A stretch of 64,000 bases of DNA from Amoebidium appalachense (taxonomy: Eukaryota > Protista > Ichthyosporea), in contig CAVNZM010000012.1 in NCBI GenBank assembly GCA_963693365.1, positions 6,274,889 to 6,338,888 of the forward strand. The letters run 5' to 3'. Under the pieces are notes generated by a model. That model worked only from the letters and a program-made list of their open reading frames with translations, ran no database searches and was not told the DNA's origin. Below are positions 1 to 22,807 of this stretch, one piece after another. Position 1 is the first letter of the stretch; each line of letters opens with the position of its first letter. The translations under genes were made by a program, and so were the position numbers.

Positions 1-208
1 TCAAGTAATCGAAATCTACATTTACCCAGAGCATGCATCTAATATTTTTTTTAAATAAACTTAATGAGTTCATTAAGTTTTGAGTGTAATTAAAATCTAC
101 ATCCAACAACTCGGGATCTAACTTTTTCATTTCATTGACTAGTATTGTTACAGCATGCAATCAATCAACACCCACTACTAACAGCATGCACCAAAATCAT
201 ACCCCCAT

Positions 209-1037
209 CTACACCTGTGGCCTCTTAGACACAAACAGCAACATGCGTGCCTCACCCGCATTAGGCCCCCAGGTTATTTCCTGATCTCCCTTTGTTTGCT
301 GCCCCCCGGCCCAGCCCTGCCTGAGGTGGTGGGGAGCCTCTTGCACGTCTACTTCCTCATATCCCAAGGATGTGAGGGTGGTGGCCAGGGACTCGACATT
401 GTGCCTCCACCTGTGGGCTTCCTTACGGGGGGTCATCGCATCCTGTGGGGGGGGGGGGGGGGGGGGGGGGGAAGATGGGAGATGGGGGGGGGGGGGGGGA
501 AGGGGCTGGGGGAGCTAGGGGGTGTGTGTGTGGGGGAGGGGGAGGGGGGAGGGGGGGGGGGGGGGGGGGAGTAATTTGGTGTGGATGCATGCGCGGGTTT
601 GTATCTGGTGGTGGTGGTGGGGGGGAGGGGAGGGGGGGAAGGGGGCGGACGGGGTAGGAGGAAGGGGGGGGGGGGGGGGGGTTTAGTTGTGGATGCAGGC
701 GGGGGTTATATGAGGGAAAGAGCTACCCGTGTCACCCGGAGAAAGAGGGGGGGAGGGGGGGGGGGGGAGAGGGGGGGGGGGGGGAGAGGGGAGGAAGAAA
801 TAACAAAATGTACTGATGTGCGATGAAGGTACACTCTGAAATCGGGAAATAAAGGGGCGATGTGGTGGTGTTGGAACGAACCCCCCCTCCCCCCCCCCCC
901 CCCCCCTTCTCCAATGGGGACAAGAGAGAAACCCTCTTACCCACTTCAGGTAAATCCAACCGCTTTTTACATCATGAACGGAAAAAAATGATAACCAATC
1001 GAGTGAAAATGCACACACCTACATGCGTACGCGCGCA

Positions 1038-1072
<35 letters not shown>

Positions 1073-1554
1073 CCCCCCCCCCCCCCCCCCCCCCAAACAC
1101 ATACACACTACTCTCCCCCAACACACATACTACTCCTCCCCTATCCCCCCTCCCCAAACACACACATACACTACCCCCCCCCCCCCCCCCCCCGCCCACA
1201 CAAACATGCAACTATAACTCACCTGCAGCCCAGACTCAATGCTTCCCACACAGGTCCCAAACAGTGTCCCACCGGGTTTTAACGCTTTAAGCACATTGGC
1301 TAGAAACACCTCGCTCTGCTCCTTGCTGAACACGTGCAGCATCAACATGTTGACCACCACCAGACACGTGTTTTCCAGCCCATTTTCCTGCAGTACACGT
1401 GGTCCCTCGTCGACACTAGCAAGATCTCCCCACACCTGGCGAGGAAGAGCATGAGCGTGAGAGGCAACATGTATTTTCTTTCTTTTTCTTTTCTTTTCTT
1501 TTCTTTTCTTTCTTTTTCTTTTTGCTTTTTTTTTTTTTTTTTTTTTTTTTGGGT

Positions 1555-1585
<31 letters not shown>

Positions 1586-1785
1586 AGTGGGTTCTGGTAA
1601 TACCAGAGGACAACCTTATTTCGAGGTAGGAAGAGTGCTAGCAGTACCAAATGGTGTATCGGGTTATGCATTCACACACGGCTCCAAGTATGTCGGCATG
1701 GCCCTACTGATATATATTTAATTGGGAAGATGCACAGCCCGTCCCACAGTCCCATTCGGTTATAGTGGTTGTGTGTGTGTGTGTA

Positions 1786-1829
<44 letters not shown>

Positions 1830-1854
1830 CGTGTGCGTGTCTCTCCGTGTGTAT

Positions 1855-1888
<34 letters not shown>

Positions 1889-3135
1889 AATCTGTGCGCC
1901 TGTGTGCGGATTGCCGGGTGCATGCAATCGCAACCTTCTGTGGGGGTGGGGTCGGGTGGGGTGGGGTGTGTGGGGGCGGGTGGGGTGGAAGGGAGGGAGG
2001 AGGGGAGGGGCGGGCAGGTGTTTCCATGCTACTCTCACTCTTTTCTATCTCTTCTTGAATGCAGGTGCAAGTGAATGAGCGAGTGAGCGAGTGTGTGTGT
2101 GTGTGTGTGAGTGTGTGAGTGTGAGTGAGTGTGAGTGAGTGTGTGAGTGAGTGTGTGTGTGTGTGTGTGTGTGTACATGCGTGCATGTGTGTATCTTTGT
2201 GCTGGGCACCCACAGGAATAACCAGCAGTCGGCCAAACTGTGAAAAATTAAGGCCGAAACCAATAATGCTATGCTTCAGATATGTTGATGGAAAGTGGAA
2301 CGATTCATGAAATGGGCTACGGTTTGCAACACACAACCCCCTCCCCTCCCCCTTTCCCCCCCAGCCACCTCCCTAAATGAATGCATAAACACATATTCCC
2401 GTGTCCAATATGACCCTAAATATGGACAACCAATGTATCAGCCCCCCCCCCCCCCCCCCCCCCCTCTCCCCCACGTCCCCCTTGCTTCTCCCTACCTCCC
2501 CCCTCAATCCACACACGGTTGTCGTAACTCCTCACTCTCTCCAATTGACTCTCTTAAGGCTTCCAACCCCCCCCCCCCCCCCCTTCTTCCCCCCCCCACG
2601 CCCCCTCTCCAGTTGAAACTCCCCCCTCCCCCCCCCCCCCCCCCAAAAAAAAAAAACAAAAAAAAACAAAAAAAGACAATAAAAATAAAACAGGGGGGGA
2701 AAAAAAAAGAAAACAAACCCAAAAACCACCCACCTGCGTCAACTTTGTGACCTCCGCACCCTCCCCATCCATATACAGCTTCAAGCCCAGCTCCCAGTAG
2801 CCACTGTGCAGGTCTGTGACCGTCACGGCCTCACACGGCACCCCGTCATGAAGATATCTCCGTGCGTCCGTGCCAAAACAGCAACCAGTTTCGAGGATGC
2901 GGAACGGTGATCCCTCGTTCTTGGCTCGGCTGACGATATCAAGGAAGGTGGGGTAGAATGGGAGGGTGTTGACGCGCGGCCGAAGGAACATGAGCCGTTG
3001 GATGCAGCGGTAGGCATGAAACTATTGGAGGGGGAGAGGGAGAGGAGGTGGGGTAGGGGGCAGAGGGGAGAGATGGGGCCGGAGTGGGGTGGCCCGGTGA
3101 GCCTGGAAGGAGTGGGTGGTGGTGGTGGTGTGTGT

Positions 3136-3189
<54 letters not shown>

Positions 3190-4022
3190 GGAGGAGGGGT
3201 AAAGGTGTATGGGAGGAGGAGGGGGCTTGGTGGTGGTGGTGGTGGTGGTGGTGGTGGGGGGGAGGAGGGGGAAGTGGGGAGGGAGGGGGGGAGGGGGGGA
3301 AATCATTCGGAAGTCCCTACATAATCATAAGTTTAGAGAATGGGCAGAGGCAAGAACGGGGCTGGCAACGCAACTGCAGGAGTAGACAAGGTCTTGTTCT
3401 GGTGGTGAGTGAAAAGCATGAAGTTAAGTGCAGAAAAAGGCGACGGAAAGGGAAAAGCTATGATCTGCTGTGATCCGTGTAGAATGACGACCTGCACAGT
3501 AAAAATTGAGAATGCCATCGGTGCCTATCAACAAGCACACACTTGCTTACACATGCAGGTGAGCACACACATATTCTCGCAAGCACAATGTTTCAGATTC
3601 ACAGCAACCAAGCCTGTTGACGTCCAGATATACATGAGTGACAAAAAACCAACAACTGCGTACTCAAGAACACACGACTACAAGTTAACACGCACACACG
3701 CATACTCATGTGTACACACATGTACGCACGCGCGCGCACATCACTTAGACAGGCACCGCGATGGCATACACGCAGGCACGCGCAAGCAGGCACATAGCCC
3801 CTGCACCTACAGCTGCAGAAAACACCAACCTATAGTATACGCACACACGGACAGACTTGCCTTTTCCTTCGACTCTTCCCATATCTTATACACGTGCTCC
3901 CTCAGCACGTCCATGTCCTTCACCCCCGTGTGCTCGGAGAGAAACCTCAAAGACTCGTCTGTAACCTCAGGCCGCCCTTCGCTGCCGGCCAACGAAGCAT
4001 CCTTGTGCTCAGAACTCGACAT
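209..4022 (-). CDS. Class I SAM-dependent methyltransferase (fungal ausD-like type), ~298 aa, 4 exons
   Basis: Exons 4022-3861, 3021-2734, 1435-1223 and 442-209 join in phase 0 into one ORF (897 nt incl. stop). N-terminal [16 protein letters not shown] segment, SAM motif [24 protein letters not shown] and LKPGG. Intron 1 donor is GCAAGT; the other two donors are GT. Family assignment is by motif recognition only. Confidence 0.85.
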
Positions 4023-4799
4023 CTTTCGAAAGTTCAAACCCAAAGGCCTTGGAGCAACCTAATCTTAAAATACAGTTGGTCTTCTGGGAGCTGTCGAGGT
4101 TTTTCAACGCCCTATTTAACGTAGATATGCCCTTAAACCTACTAAGAATGATACAAGTCACCGCCTAGGGCTGGCTAGTTCAAGTTGAGGACAACAAGTG
4201 TATTCTGTTTTTTTTTTTGTTTTTTTTTGTTTTGTTTTTGTGTGAGATCTCAGATCTCAGGTATGCGGATTCTTTCATTGGCTAAATCCGCACCATAAAT
4301 GCATTTTGATTGGTGAACTCTGTCCAAGTAGCAAGGGGGGGATTACGAAAATAATCTTCGTAATTACGATTAACGAAAGACCCCGATACGAATAAGGTTA
4401 GGGTGCCGTCGTAACAGCTTTCGTATCAGATGTATAGCATTATAAACGCTTTAAGGCCCCTATCTAACTGTACCTAATTTTTTCAATATTTCTGTTCAAA
4501 AACATATATATCTACAGCGCTTCTCATGAGCAATATCGAACCCCGACAAGTGTCCAGGGCTTGTAATGTTGCGATACGTAATTTGTAAAAACGCGTATTT
4601 TGAGTTTTGTGACTGGAGGGGCGTTTTTAGTTGGGGTTGCAGATCCACATCTGATACGAAAGCTGTTACCTTGTGGCTAATCCCAACGGCCTGAAGTGGC
4701 GCAATTTTTTCTGTACCTCTACGCGTCTCCATTATTTCTTCCGAAGTCTACAGCTAAACGTCAGCGTGTTATGCACTAGCAGCTGCTAATGGTAGAGAT

Positions 4800-5700
4800 A
4801 TGAGTGGCCTTAACCAGCAGGACGGTACCACTTGCCTGTTAGAGAAAAGCATTTGATGAAAACTCTGCTCCAGAGGCTCACTATATCCCTACAGGGCTTT
4901 TGTATGACCAATACCAAAACTGAGGCAGGAGCTCGAGCGCATGTTGTGGAAGTCCCATTAGCAGCGTCAGGCCCCTACACTTCTATGTATTGCACGAAAG
5001 TTTTGTAAGGGATGCAGGTGATGCTTTTTTCTCAATTTAGCGATGAAAAACAACTCTACTGCCAGGAGGCAGGCTTGCCTAGGTGCAACACGTAGGCTCA
5101 AACCTGGGAGGGGCGTGTGGCGTTCCAAGTTTAAAGTTGTCTGACCAACATGCGGTCATTCTTCTTTCTTCAAATCTAACGTTCTTCTTGTTGTGCAAGT
5201 GGGTGCGTTTATTTTTGTGACCAACATCGATATCCTTCGAAACCTCTGAGGCAGATAACCAGTATAAACTCAAGGGGAAAGTGTTTCACAAACAGAAAGG
5301 TAGCCGACTGATATTTCAGATATCAGAATGCCTGTTTTATTGAAGTTGTGAAAATTAGGATGTTCACGGAGATCCACCACCCCACGTTCGTGGGTCAAGC
5401 AATGACTGTCCGCTTGTAGCGGCGAGGTCGATCAAGTGATGCAACTTCCCAAAGCTTGACTTTGAAACGCAGTAATTAGCATGCAAGCGGAAACCGTATT
5501 ATGAAGACCAAGAAGAATGCCAACATATCGAAGACCAAGAAGAATGCCAACATATCTAATGTACATACAGACGTCTACAGCCAGTTGCTTGCAACGAACA
5601 TAAGTGAGGCTATGCACCTTCAGAGTAGACTCGTCACTCAGTGCAAGCTCCCGGAGTCCCGGGAGGGAGGCACGAGCCAAGTTATTAAATGAACCAATAG
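4800..5700 (-). pseudogene. Possible decayed F-box/LRR-type coding relic
   Basis: Microsatellite-free stretch with broken minus-strand frames, including SLWSRVFIKCFSL (compare ALWDAVWRYCTKL in the F-box/LRR gene at 19413-21392) and LPGLRELALSDESTL. Similarity is weak and judged by eye. Confidence 0.2.
5503..5556. repeat. 27-bp direct tandem duplication
   Basis: GAAGACCAAGAAGAATGCCAACATATC twice (5503-5529, 5530-5556). Confidence 0.9.
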
Positions 5701-5816
5701 GAATGAGTAGATTTTGGCGGGAAAACTCCTCCAATCAGAAATCGGTAACAAATTATGTGGATCACGTATTTGATTGGTCGCCTGCACAGCTGTCAGCTAT
5801 ACGTTGCTGCGATTGG
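5694..5816. promoter_or_regulatory. Cluster of four CCAAT boxes plus an E2F-type site between divergent genes
   Basis: CCAAT at 5694 and 5731, ATTGG at 5773 and 5812; TTTTGGCGGGAAAA at 5712-5725 (TTTSSCGC on the minus strand). Lies ~550-670 bp upstream of the ATG at 6369. Confidence 0.5.
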
Positions 5817-5869
5817 CTGTCAATAAATGTCTGTATTTATCTATCAGGAAATGTGACAAGAGTCACAAG

Positions 5870-5915
5870 CAAGGCCTCCTAAATAGCACACCGGTGTGCT
5901 ATTTAGGAGGCCTTG
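5870..5915. mobile_element. CAAGGCCTCCTA mini-palindrome copy 1 (46-bp perfect palindrome, 8-bp TSD)
   Basis: CAAGGCCTCCTAAATAGCACACC|GGTGTGCTATTTAGGAGGCCTTG flanked on both sides by GTCACAAG (5862-5869, 5916-5923). Confidence 0.85.
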
Positions 5916-6368
5916 GTCACAAGACGCACCCCCCCAGCTCGCTACAGCATCAGTTTCCCGTCAGTTCGCATCAACAACAAGCCCACCTCCCCACACATAT
6001 GTTATTATTGCTTAACTAGCATTATTTGTACCTATACTTTCTCTTTTAAACAAGAAAGAAAACGTGCATGTGCAGGCGCCGCACAACGAAGCAGGTGTTG
6101 TTAGTTCGGGAGCAATACTGTAAGCAAGCATAGTCAAGTGTTCAGTCGCCTACCCATATTTGTAGTGATTATGAGCGGTGTGTTGTTTCAAGTTCAATCA
6201 TCCACACCTGTTTAGATAAACTAACACTAGATCAAAGCCTGTTTAAACACCTAATACAAACTAAACGAGGAGCATATTCGGTTTCAGGTCTTTGGCACCC
6301 AAGGAACCTTTTGAAATGAAAAATTTGTGCTGAGTATCTCTTTTTCGTCACTCGAAAACAACGTTAGA

Positions 6369-15470
<9,102 letters not shown>

Positions 15471-16351
15471 CCACTCCCTGTTGTATAGCTACATAGGTGA
15501 ACATGATGTCCATTGTCGGTAGATTGAATCTTCACCAAGGGAAGGGGGAATGGGGGGAGGTGAGATGGGGAAGGGGGGAGGTGAGAGGGGAGGTAGGGAG
15601 GGGGGGATGGGGGGAGGAGGACTAACAACTGTATCTAGTTGTGTGTTTCCCTTCCTAGCAAAGGGTAGTTGAAAGTTTCTCTGAAAACTGTCCCATTACA
15701 AACTTTGAAACTTTCTTGTTAGCAAGGTCAATAAGATCTAAACTTTTCAACCTTTCTGGTATCTGGGATCATGAAAGACCCCGTCGTTTGGCACTTCTTA
15801 TTTGGATATGTGCATGTTGGGCCTGTATGTATTCCCTTAATTGACTTATAGGATATGAAACATGCACATGCTCAGACCAATTTATCCATGGTACGATTGT
15901 TCTTAAAGCATCAGCATGTTCAAGCATTTATTCACCAATTTTCAGTTGTTCATGCATTTTTTCTAACTTTTGCTTTATGTTTATGTCCATGCATTTTTAG
16001 GTCTATTAAAATATGAGCGGCAGGTGCCGACTCAAAGAACCCCCCATTGTATGGGGGTTGATGCACCTTGCCATAAACGGAAACTACCATATAAGGACAT
16101 GAGGGCTGGACCCCTTTCCTTACTGGTGGTGTTCACTTCCCTTAAAGTCATTGGCAGACAGTGTGGGACTGCAAGCATGCCACAACACAAGTGCTTCCCC
16201 ATGCCCATATTTAGGCATTACGTGAGAGGAGGAAGTTGATTGGCAGATGTTTCATGTGATGCGCAATTGGCAGGTGCCCATGCGCATGCACATGCGCAAC
16301 TTTTGCGCAGATCAGCGCATGGGCGCACATTAACAACCTCATATGTGCACG

Positions 16352-16391
<40 letters not shown>

Positions 16392-16760
16392 CATGCATGC
16401 ATGCACACGTGTGTTGCCCTTAACATTTGCAGCCTGGCATGGCGCCCACTATGAACGCTCTGATGCGCTATACCTACCCCCCATTGTTACTGCTTCCCCC
16501 CCCCCCCCTGCTATACACCCCTCCCCCCCCCCTCGGGTCCCCCTCCACCCCGTCAACCACCGCCACTACCTTATATACGGCCGAGCTAATGGGCCCCTTC
16601 GAATTCCAAAACACTAATAGAGGCTTTGACGCATGCGCATCTGCAGGCCAATACAATATCCCTCCGGATCTCCCCCCTCCCCCCCCCATCTCCCCCTCCC
16701 CCCCACCCCCCTCTTTCCCCCCTCCCCTAGGCCTCTTTCCTCTCCCCCCCCTCCCTCCCC

Positions 16761-16900
16761 TCTCCCCCTTTCCACCCGGTGACCTCGTGACCCCCCCCCC
16801 CTCCCCCCTCCCCTCCCCCTTTCCACCCGGTGACCTCGTGACCCCCCCCCCCCCTCCCCCCTCCCCTCTCCCCCTTTCCACCCGGTGATCTCGTGACCCC
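16761..16900. repeat. Three ~52-bp tandem units
   Basis: CTCCCCCTTTCCACCCGGTGA(C/T)CTCGTGA followed by C-runs, three times. Confidence 0.85.
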
Positions 16901-17907
16901 CCCCCCCCCCCCCCCCCCCCCCCCAAATATCTTGGGAGAACAAAATATCTCACGTGCACTGGGTTGGCCAAAGGGCCCAAAAGGGGCCGGTTTTCCCGGG
17001 TAGCTTATAGGTTACAGAAGCCACCGATAGAAACTTCCCTGCCTAACCCAACTGGCTTCATGATGGCTGCACTTTTCTTACCCGCCAGACAAAGTCCATG
17101 CCGGTGGTATCGGAACCCCTTTTGTTTTGGCAGCTAAAAATCTCGCAGGGTTTCAAATGGTTGGCTCTGTGGGAGGGCCTGTCCTCCCACGTGGGAGCAC
17201 AAATGTTGCAACCACCACACATTTTACTGTCTTGCCCCATCGACATTTAAGAGTCAGCGAAAATTCCAATTAATTTTCATGTGTGCATCGGAGCCCCCTA
17301 GTATATCTCTCCTGGAAAACATCACAAAGAGGCCCAAGGGGAATTCTGGTATCTACGTGGAAATTTTGGTCGGGAAGGCATAAAAGGCCTTTCGCCGCTT
17401 GCCACATATGAACCTTTTGGCACGTCCAGTCAGCATGCTACTGCTAAATTTCATTGGATCCCCCCTTGCTCCCCTTACCTCGGTAGGGGAAAAATCCAAA
17501 CAGGGATCTGAAGGTGCGAGTGTGTGTGTGTGTGTGCAAGCGCATGTGTGTGCCTTTTGGTCATTTTTTGCCCTTTCAAAACAACGCTATTGGTTCCCGC
17601 AGGTGTCCATCCCACACGTTCTTCCTTTTCAGGCATACTATTTTATGCCTGTCATAAAGTATTTATTACACACACAGAGAGAGATTCTTGCCATACAATG
17701 GTATTGGACCTTGCCTAAGTCAAAATGTGACATAATACCATCTAGGCTACGAGTTTCCACAAATCCAGATACCGCTAGCATACCATGAATGCCCTTTATA
17801 TGTGCGTGATGTATAAGTGCCGCAAACATAGAATAGGAAACTGCCGTGGGTAAACATAACTTGATGGTTGCATATGCCATTTCGTGGATATTCAATGTAT
17901 ACCTCTA

Positions 17908-17942
<35 letters not shown>

Positions 17943-18110
17943 CCCACCCGCCCCACCGCACGTATCCACCACCACCACCGCACACACCCACCTGTAAAAC
18001 CACACTTTGTATTTGGCAATAAAAGCAGGAGCTTAAAGTGTGACGCAAAAATCGCTCCTAAATATATTACATCTACACTTGTACAAGCACACAACACCAA
18101 CAGGGGGAAC

Positions 18111-18147
<37 letters not shown>

Positions 18148-18604
18148 AAGAAAAAGAGAAGAAGACAAGAAGAAGAAGAAGCCTCGAAAGCACAAGAGGT
18201 TATAAAGTAACGAAGCTCGGGTAAACACACCGAAGCTTTTGACCTATGTGTTGGCCAACAATCCCTTTTTAAAACCTTACGATTTCCGAACATGCATGTG
18301 CACTGCCGGTCACATGACAGAGCACGTGGCTCGCTTTCCAAAAATGGGCAAACGGAACCGTTTTTGATTCGTTGCTGTTGCACTGACAGGTGGCTCGACC
18401 ACGTGATCTTCCTGTGTGTTGGATACAGTCAGTTATTGCAAACGTATCTTTTGAATGGTTGCAGACAGGATAAGATTGGAGTATGTAATATAGCTGGAGT
18501 TTGTGATATAACGGAGTGAAGTTTTGGGTAGAAATTACTGGATGAATAGTATATAGAGCCTTGCAAAAGCTAGAAGGTTATGTGATAAAAAGATACTGGC
18601 GCCG

Positions 18605-18681
<77 letters not shown>

Positions 18682-18836
18682 ACCACCACCACCACCGTGG
18701 CCACCACCTTTCTTTCAACGTGCCAAGCTTCATCTGTTGTTTTATGCACCCATAAAGTTTAGACCGTACAGCAACCACCACAATGTGTAGTACAAACATT
18801 CCACAGTGAATAGTTTGTTTTACATCGTATCATAGT

Positions 18837-18908
<72 letters not shown>

Positions 18909-19170
18909 CGGGGGGGAGGGGGGGGGGGGGGGGGGGGGGAGGCGGGTGGGTGGGGGGGGGGGGAAGCAGAAAAAAGATTGAAAACTTCTGAATGACATAA
19001 ACAGGACTTTGATGGTAGGAGTGACGGTGAAGGAGGGATCACAGGAAGGAGAAGCAAGGGAAGGAGGAAGGGTGGTTGCCGACACCGGGGGGAGGGGGGG
19101 GGGGGGGGAGGGGGAGGGGGAGGGAGGCAGGAGGGGAGGGGACGAGGGAGTTGTGGGTGGGTGGGTGGGT

Positions 19171-19214
<44 letters not shown>

Positions 19215-19412
19215 AGGGAGCGTGGGGATAAATAATGCTCTTTGGTGTATGTATGCGTGTGCACTAAGTCTTGCGTGCCAGTGTAAACGTTTGTGCGTGT
19301 AGTTACGTGTGCATGCACGGAGACTCTCGGAGCAAGTATGTTGCTTTACGTTTCTTAATTTGAACACGGGAAAATGGTGAGGTGACGGACAGTGGGAAAG
19401 GGAATACATAGT

Positions 19413-21392
19413 TCATACCTCAGTGTAGGCCCCATATACATCACACCCCTTCTTGCCATCCAGGTGAAGTGTGAATGCATGCAGGCGGTGAAGACTGGCC
19501 AGTGTGCTCATGTCGAAAGTGCACCTGTCTATGCGAATCACGCTAATGTTCGTGTGTGAAAGCGTGTCGATATTGGTGAAGTCCACATACGCAAGGCTCA
19601 AGATGCATAGTTTTCTGCATTTCCCCAAGGGGCCGAGGTTCACTTCTTGCATATTTGGTGTTCCCTCCCAAGCACGCTCCGTCCTAACTGGGCCTTGCGA
19701 TAGGGAGACGCTGTGTAGACTGCGACAGTGTTCGAACGGACTGAGGTCGGGTATAATATTGCTGGCGAGTTTGAAATTTTGCAAATTTGTGCAATTTGAG
19801 ATGAAAGAAAAATCGATCGGCCTACCGATACGGATACTGATATCCAAAACGCTCAAGCGCGGGCACAGTCCCAGAATTTCCAAATTTGGCATGAACACGT
19901 GGTTAGATGTGAAGACGTTGCGCCAACAAAAACGCGCGGTTTTGAGCGAAGTTCCTGCGATGGCGGAAATATTACAAAGCCATTGGCAGCCATCTACGTA
20001 TTTCTCCCTTAACCGGCCATTGACAGCAGGAGTACCGAGTGTGGCGACCTCACCTTCCCTCTTCAGCGCCAGTATTTCCAAATATGGATGGTTGCACAGA
20101 TCCAGGGCACCATTTGGAAGGTGTGTATCCTCCAATGAAAGAGCACGCAGCGCCCCCAACTGGCGTATAGGATGCGGGCCTTGGCCGTGAGGCTGCCATT
20201 TGACGCCTTTGATCGTTAGGTGGGTGAGAACCTCCGCCGACTGTAGTGTGAATGCCAGGGGGCTGGAGATATCCCAGAATGGGTCTTTTGTGCAAATTCT
20301 AACCCGTTGCAGAGTGGTGCATGGGCTAGTAAACTCAATAACACCTTCGACCGAAATGTCCGTAAGGGAAGGAAGGGGCGGCATGTTTGAAAGTATTATT
20401 CGATCACCCCTGGGTGTGCTATGGACGCTTAACCGTTTCAGGTGTTCGAGTGGGGTAAGCACCGGCCCATCTATTCTCCCCTTTATCCCGGTCAACTTCA
20501 ACTCTGTTAACCCCGTACATGTGGATATGCAGGATAAATACTGGTGGCTATCTAGCCCTGTCGCTTCGCCACTAAATTCCAACTTCTGTAAGTTCGCAAA
20601 TTGCTCGATTACCGAAATGACGTGGGGTCTTACACCCGGCTGGTATCCGGTGCCCGCAAAACTCGTTATCGTTTTCCGCAGTGTTTCAGGTACCGTAGTT
20701 TCGTGGAGTGGGATATACCCATGAATGGATAGTCGTTGCAATTTCGTGCAATAGCGCCATACTGCGTCCCATAGTGCCGCACATCCGCCGTCATAGTGTG
20801 CAACATTAATTGGTGGGCCCGAAAGGGTTAACTCTGTCAGCTGTGCACGAATAAACGGTAAGATTGCACAAAGTATTTTCCCACCCCGTACTTCCCAATA
20901 GTCAGCTCCGGTGTCGCGAGGATTCCGTGTTCCCGGTGTAGAATCGTTCGACCGTTTCCCGGCCAATATGAAGTGCAACGACCGGGGTCTGCACAGGGTT
21001 GATTGTCTGTGTGGGAACAAAGCGCCCAAGAAAGGCTCAACCCATGCATCGTCATCTTCCACCCAATCACCGTCAAAACATTCATACCACAAGCCCAGGC
21101 AGTCCACCGTCAACTCGCTGATAGCGCCACCCCAACGGGCAATATAGTTTGCCTGACGGGAAAAGAAGCGATCATGGGCACGGTCCAGTGAGTTGTTGCC
21201 CCGGTGCCTTATTGGCCGCATTACGTGCTTTATGGTGCCGCATTCTGGTTGGCAGGCTACACGCGCAAATCGACGGCATGTTGCTGAGAGGGCGTACCGG
21301 TCGGTGGGTGGCAGCAGGAGAATGACCTTGTAGAGGAGGTCGTCGGGAAGGCAGAGCAGAGGTGAGGCTGTGGGATCATGTTTGATTAGCAT
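19413..21392 (-). CDS. F-box / leucine-rich-repeat protein, 659 aa, intronless ORF
   Basis: N-terminal F-box LLCLPDDLLYKVILLLPPTDRYALSATCRRF; many LxxLxL repeats (LQKLEF, LTELKL, LKRLSV, LRALSL, LSVLDI, LQNFKL). The stop overlaps a possible GTATGA donor, so a further 3' exon is not excluded. Confidence 0.88.
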   Translation of the reverse strand: MLIKHDPTASPLLCLPDDLLYKVILLLPPTDRYALSATCRRFARVACQPECGTIKHVMRPIRHRGNNSLDRAHDRFFSRQANYIARWGGAISELTVDCLGLWYECFDGDWVEDDDAWVEPFLGALFPHRQSTLCRPRSLHFILAGKRSNDSTPGTRNPRDTGADYWEVRGGKILCAILPFIRAQLTELTLSGPPINVAHYDGGCAALWDAVWRYCTKLQRLSIHGYIPLHETTVPETLRKTITSFAGTGYQPGVRPHVISVIEQFANLQKLEFSGEATGLDSHQYLSCISTCTGLTELKLTGIKGRIDGPVLTPLEHLKRLSVHSTPRGDRIILSNMPPLPSLTDISVEGVIEFTSPCTTLQRVRICTKDPFWDISSPLAFTLQSAEVLTHLTIKGVKWQPHGQGPHPIRQLGALRALSLEDTHLPNGALDLCNHPYLEILALKREGEVATLGTPAVNGRLREKYVDGCQWLCNISAIAGTSLKTARFCWRNVFTSNHVFMPNLEILGLCPRLSVLDISIRIGRPIDFSFISNCTNLQNFKLASNIIPDLSPFEHCRSLHSVSLSQGPVRTERAWEGTPNMQEVNLGPLGKCRKLCILSLAYVDFTNIDTLSHTNISVIRIDRCTFDMSTLASLHRLHAFTLHLDGKKGCDVYGAYTEV

Positions 21393-21629
21393 TCAAACAG
21401 CAGTGCAGGAATAAGGTATGAGTTTAGAATGCACAGGGTAGTGCGACATGGGCGTGCTTCCATGATGGCCCGCAGAAGAGTTTTTGTGCAACAGCTAAGA
21501 ACTGTGTGTGTGTTTGTGTGTGTGTATGTTCTCACAGACAAGAATACCACACACGCACAAACACATGCACCCACCCACACGCACAAACACACATACGGTC
21601 ACACACGCACACACACAGACACGCACACG

Positions 21630-21740
<111 letters not shown>

Positions 21741-22751
21741 CACTTACACACGCACGCACGCAAGCACGCACGCACGCACGCACGCACGCTCGCACGCATG
21801 CTCGCACGCACGCACGCAAACATGTAAAAAAGAGGGAATCTGTCCTGCCCACCTGCTGGTGTAGCATAGGACTTGTCTGTCATTTTCCAAGTTTACACAT
21901 GGTGTACACAAGTATATGGATGCTGTTGTGACGATGCGGATAGAGATGCAGATGGCACCATTTATAAAAGTGGGTGAATTTACGCCACCGTATACGCGGA
22001 ACTTATGCACTAATTAATAATGCTGTAGTAAGAATTGTGTGTCCTGCACGAATTCGCTGACTTGAAGTGAACAAACCCAAACGAAAACTAAGAAGAAGCC
22101 TTTGTTTTGATCCAAACGCTTCAAGCTTCGTGATGCTGATCAGTGAGTCATCCGTGCGGGTGCTGATGTTGATTGGCTAATACAGCATCAAGGAAGAGAG
22201 TAAATCCAGCAGCCTTATTTTTCAAAGCAGTCATATATGCATGCCTCTAACCCTAAACGGGCTTCTCATTATATGGATAAAGTAAGATGATTTTGCTACA
22301 AACATTCAAAAGCATGTATTCAATCATATAAGAAAATTTACTTCATTATTTTACTTGGCTGTTGTTGTTGCTGGTGCTGTGTGCTAGTATTTATGCAGGC
22401 CACAGCTAAGGAGGCGCCGACTACAGCGCCCATTACTGTTTAGTTTGCCCCTCTCCAAAGAAGATGACGATGCGCATGCGTTCCATGACGGGCCTCGCCG
22501 CGCTGCAGCTGGGCCGCTGCCTTCTGAGCTTTTTCTGGGTGTATGTGACCCCGAACCTACCACCTACTGAGGTGGTGCCTCATTTTCCTTCCTACCTCAG
22601 CAGAAATGTCTCGCTAGTAATGGCAATGCTTATCTGTGTACGCGAAGTCAATGCGAAGAAAAACGGCTGCGGGCTGCGAAGAAGGAAGGAAAAACCGCCG
22701 TCGACGAGCCGAGATGCGCGTGACACCGTCAGTACGTGTCAGACCCCGAAC

Positions 22752-22807
22752 CAAGGCCTCCTATATACTAACATATATACTAACATGTTAGTATATAGGA
22801 GGCCTTG
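22752..22807. mobile_element. CAAGGCCTCCTA mini-palindrome copy 2 (56 bp, 8-bp TSD with 1 mismatch)
   Basis: 23-bp arms CAAGGCCTCCTATATACTAACAT / ATGTTAGTATATAGGAGGCCTTG separated by ATATACTAAC, a copy of arm sequence; flanks CCCCGAAC / CCCTGAAC. Confidence 0.85.

Noticed and set aside
19504-21191. Long + strand ORFs (228 aa, 174 aa, etc.)
   Set aside because: Antisense shadows of the F-box/LRR gene with no recognisable motifs.
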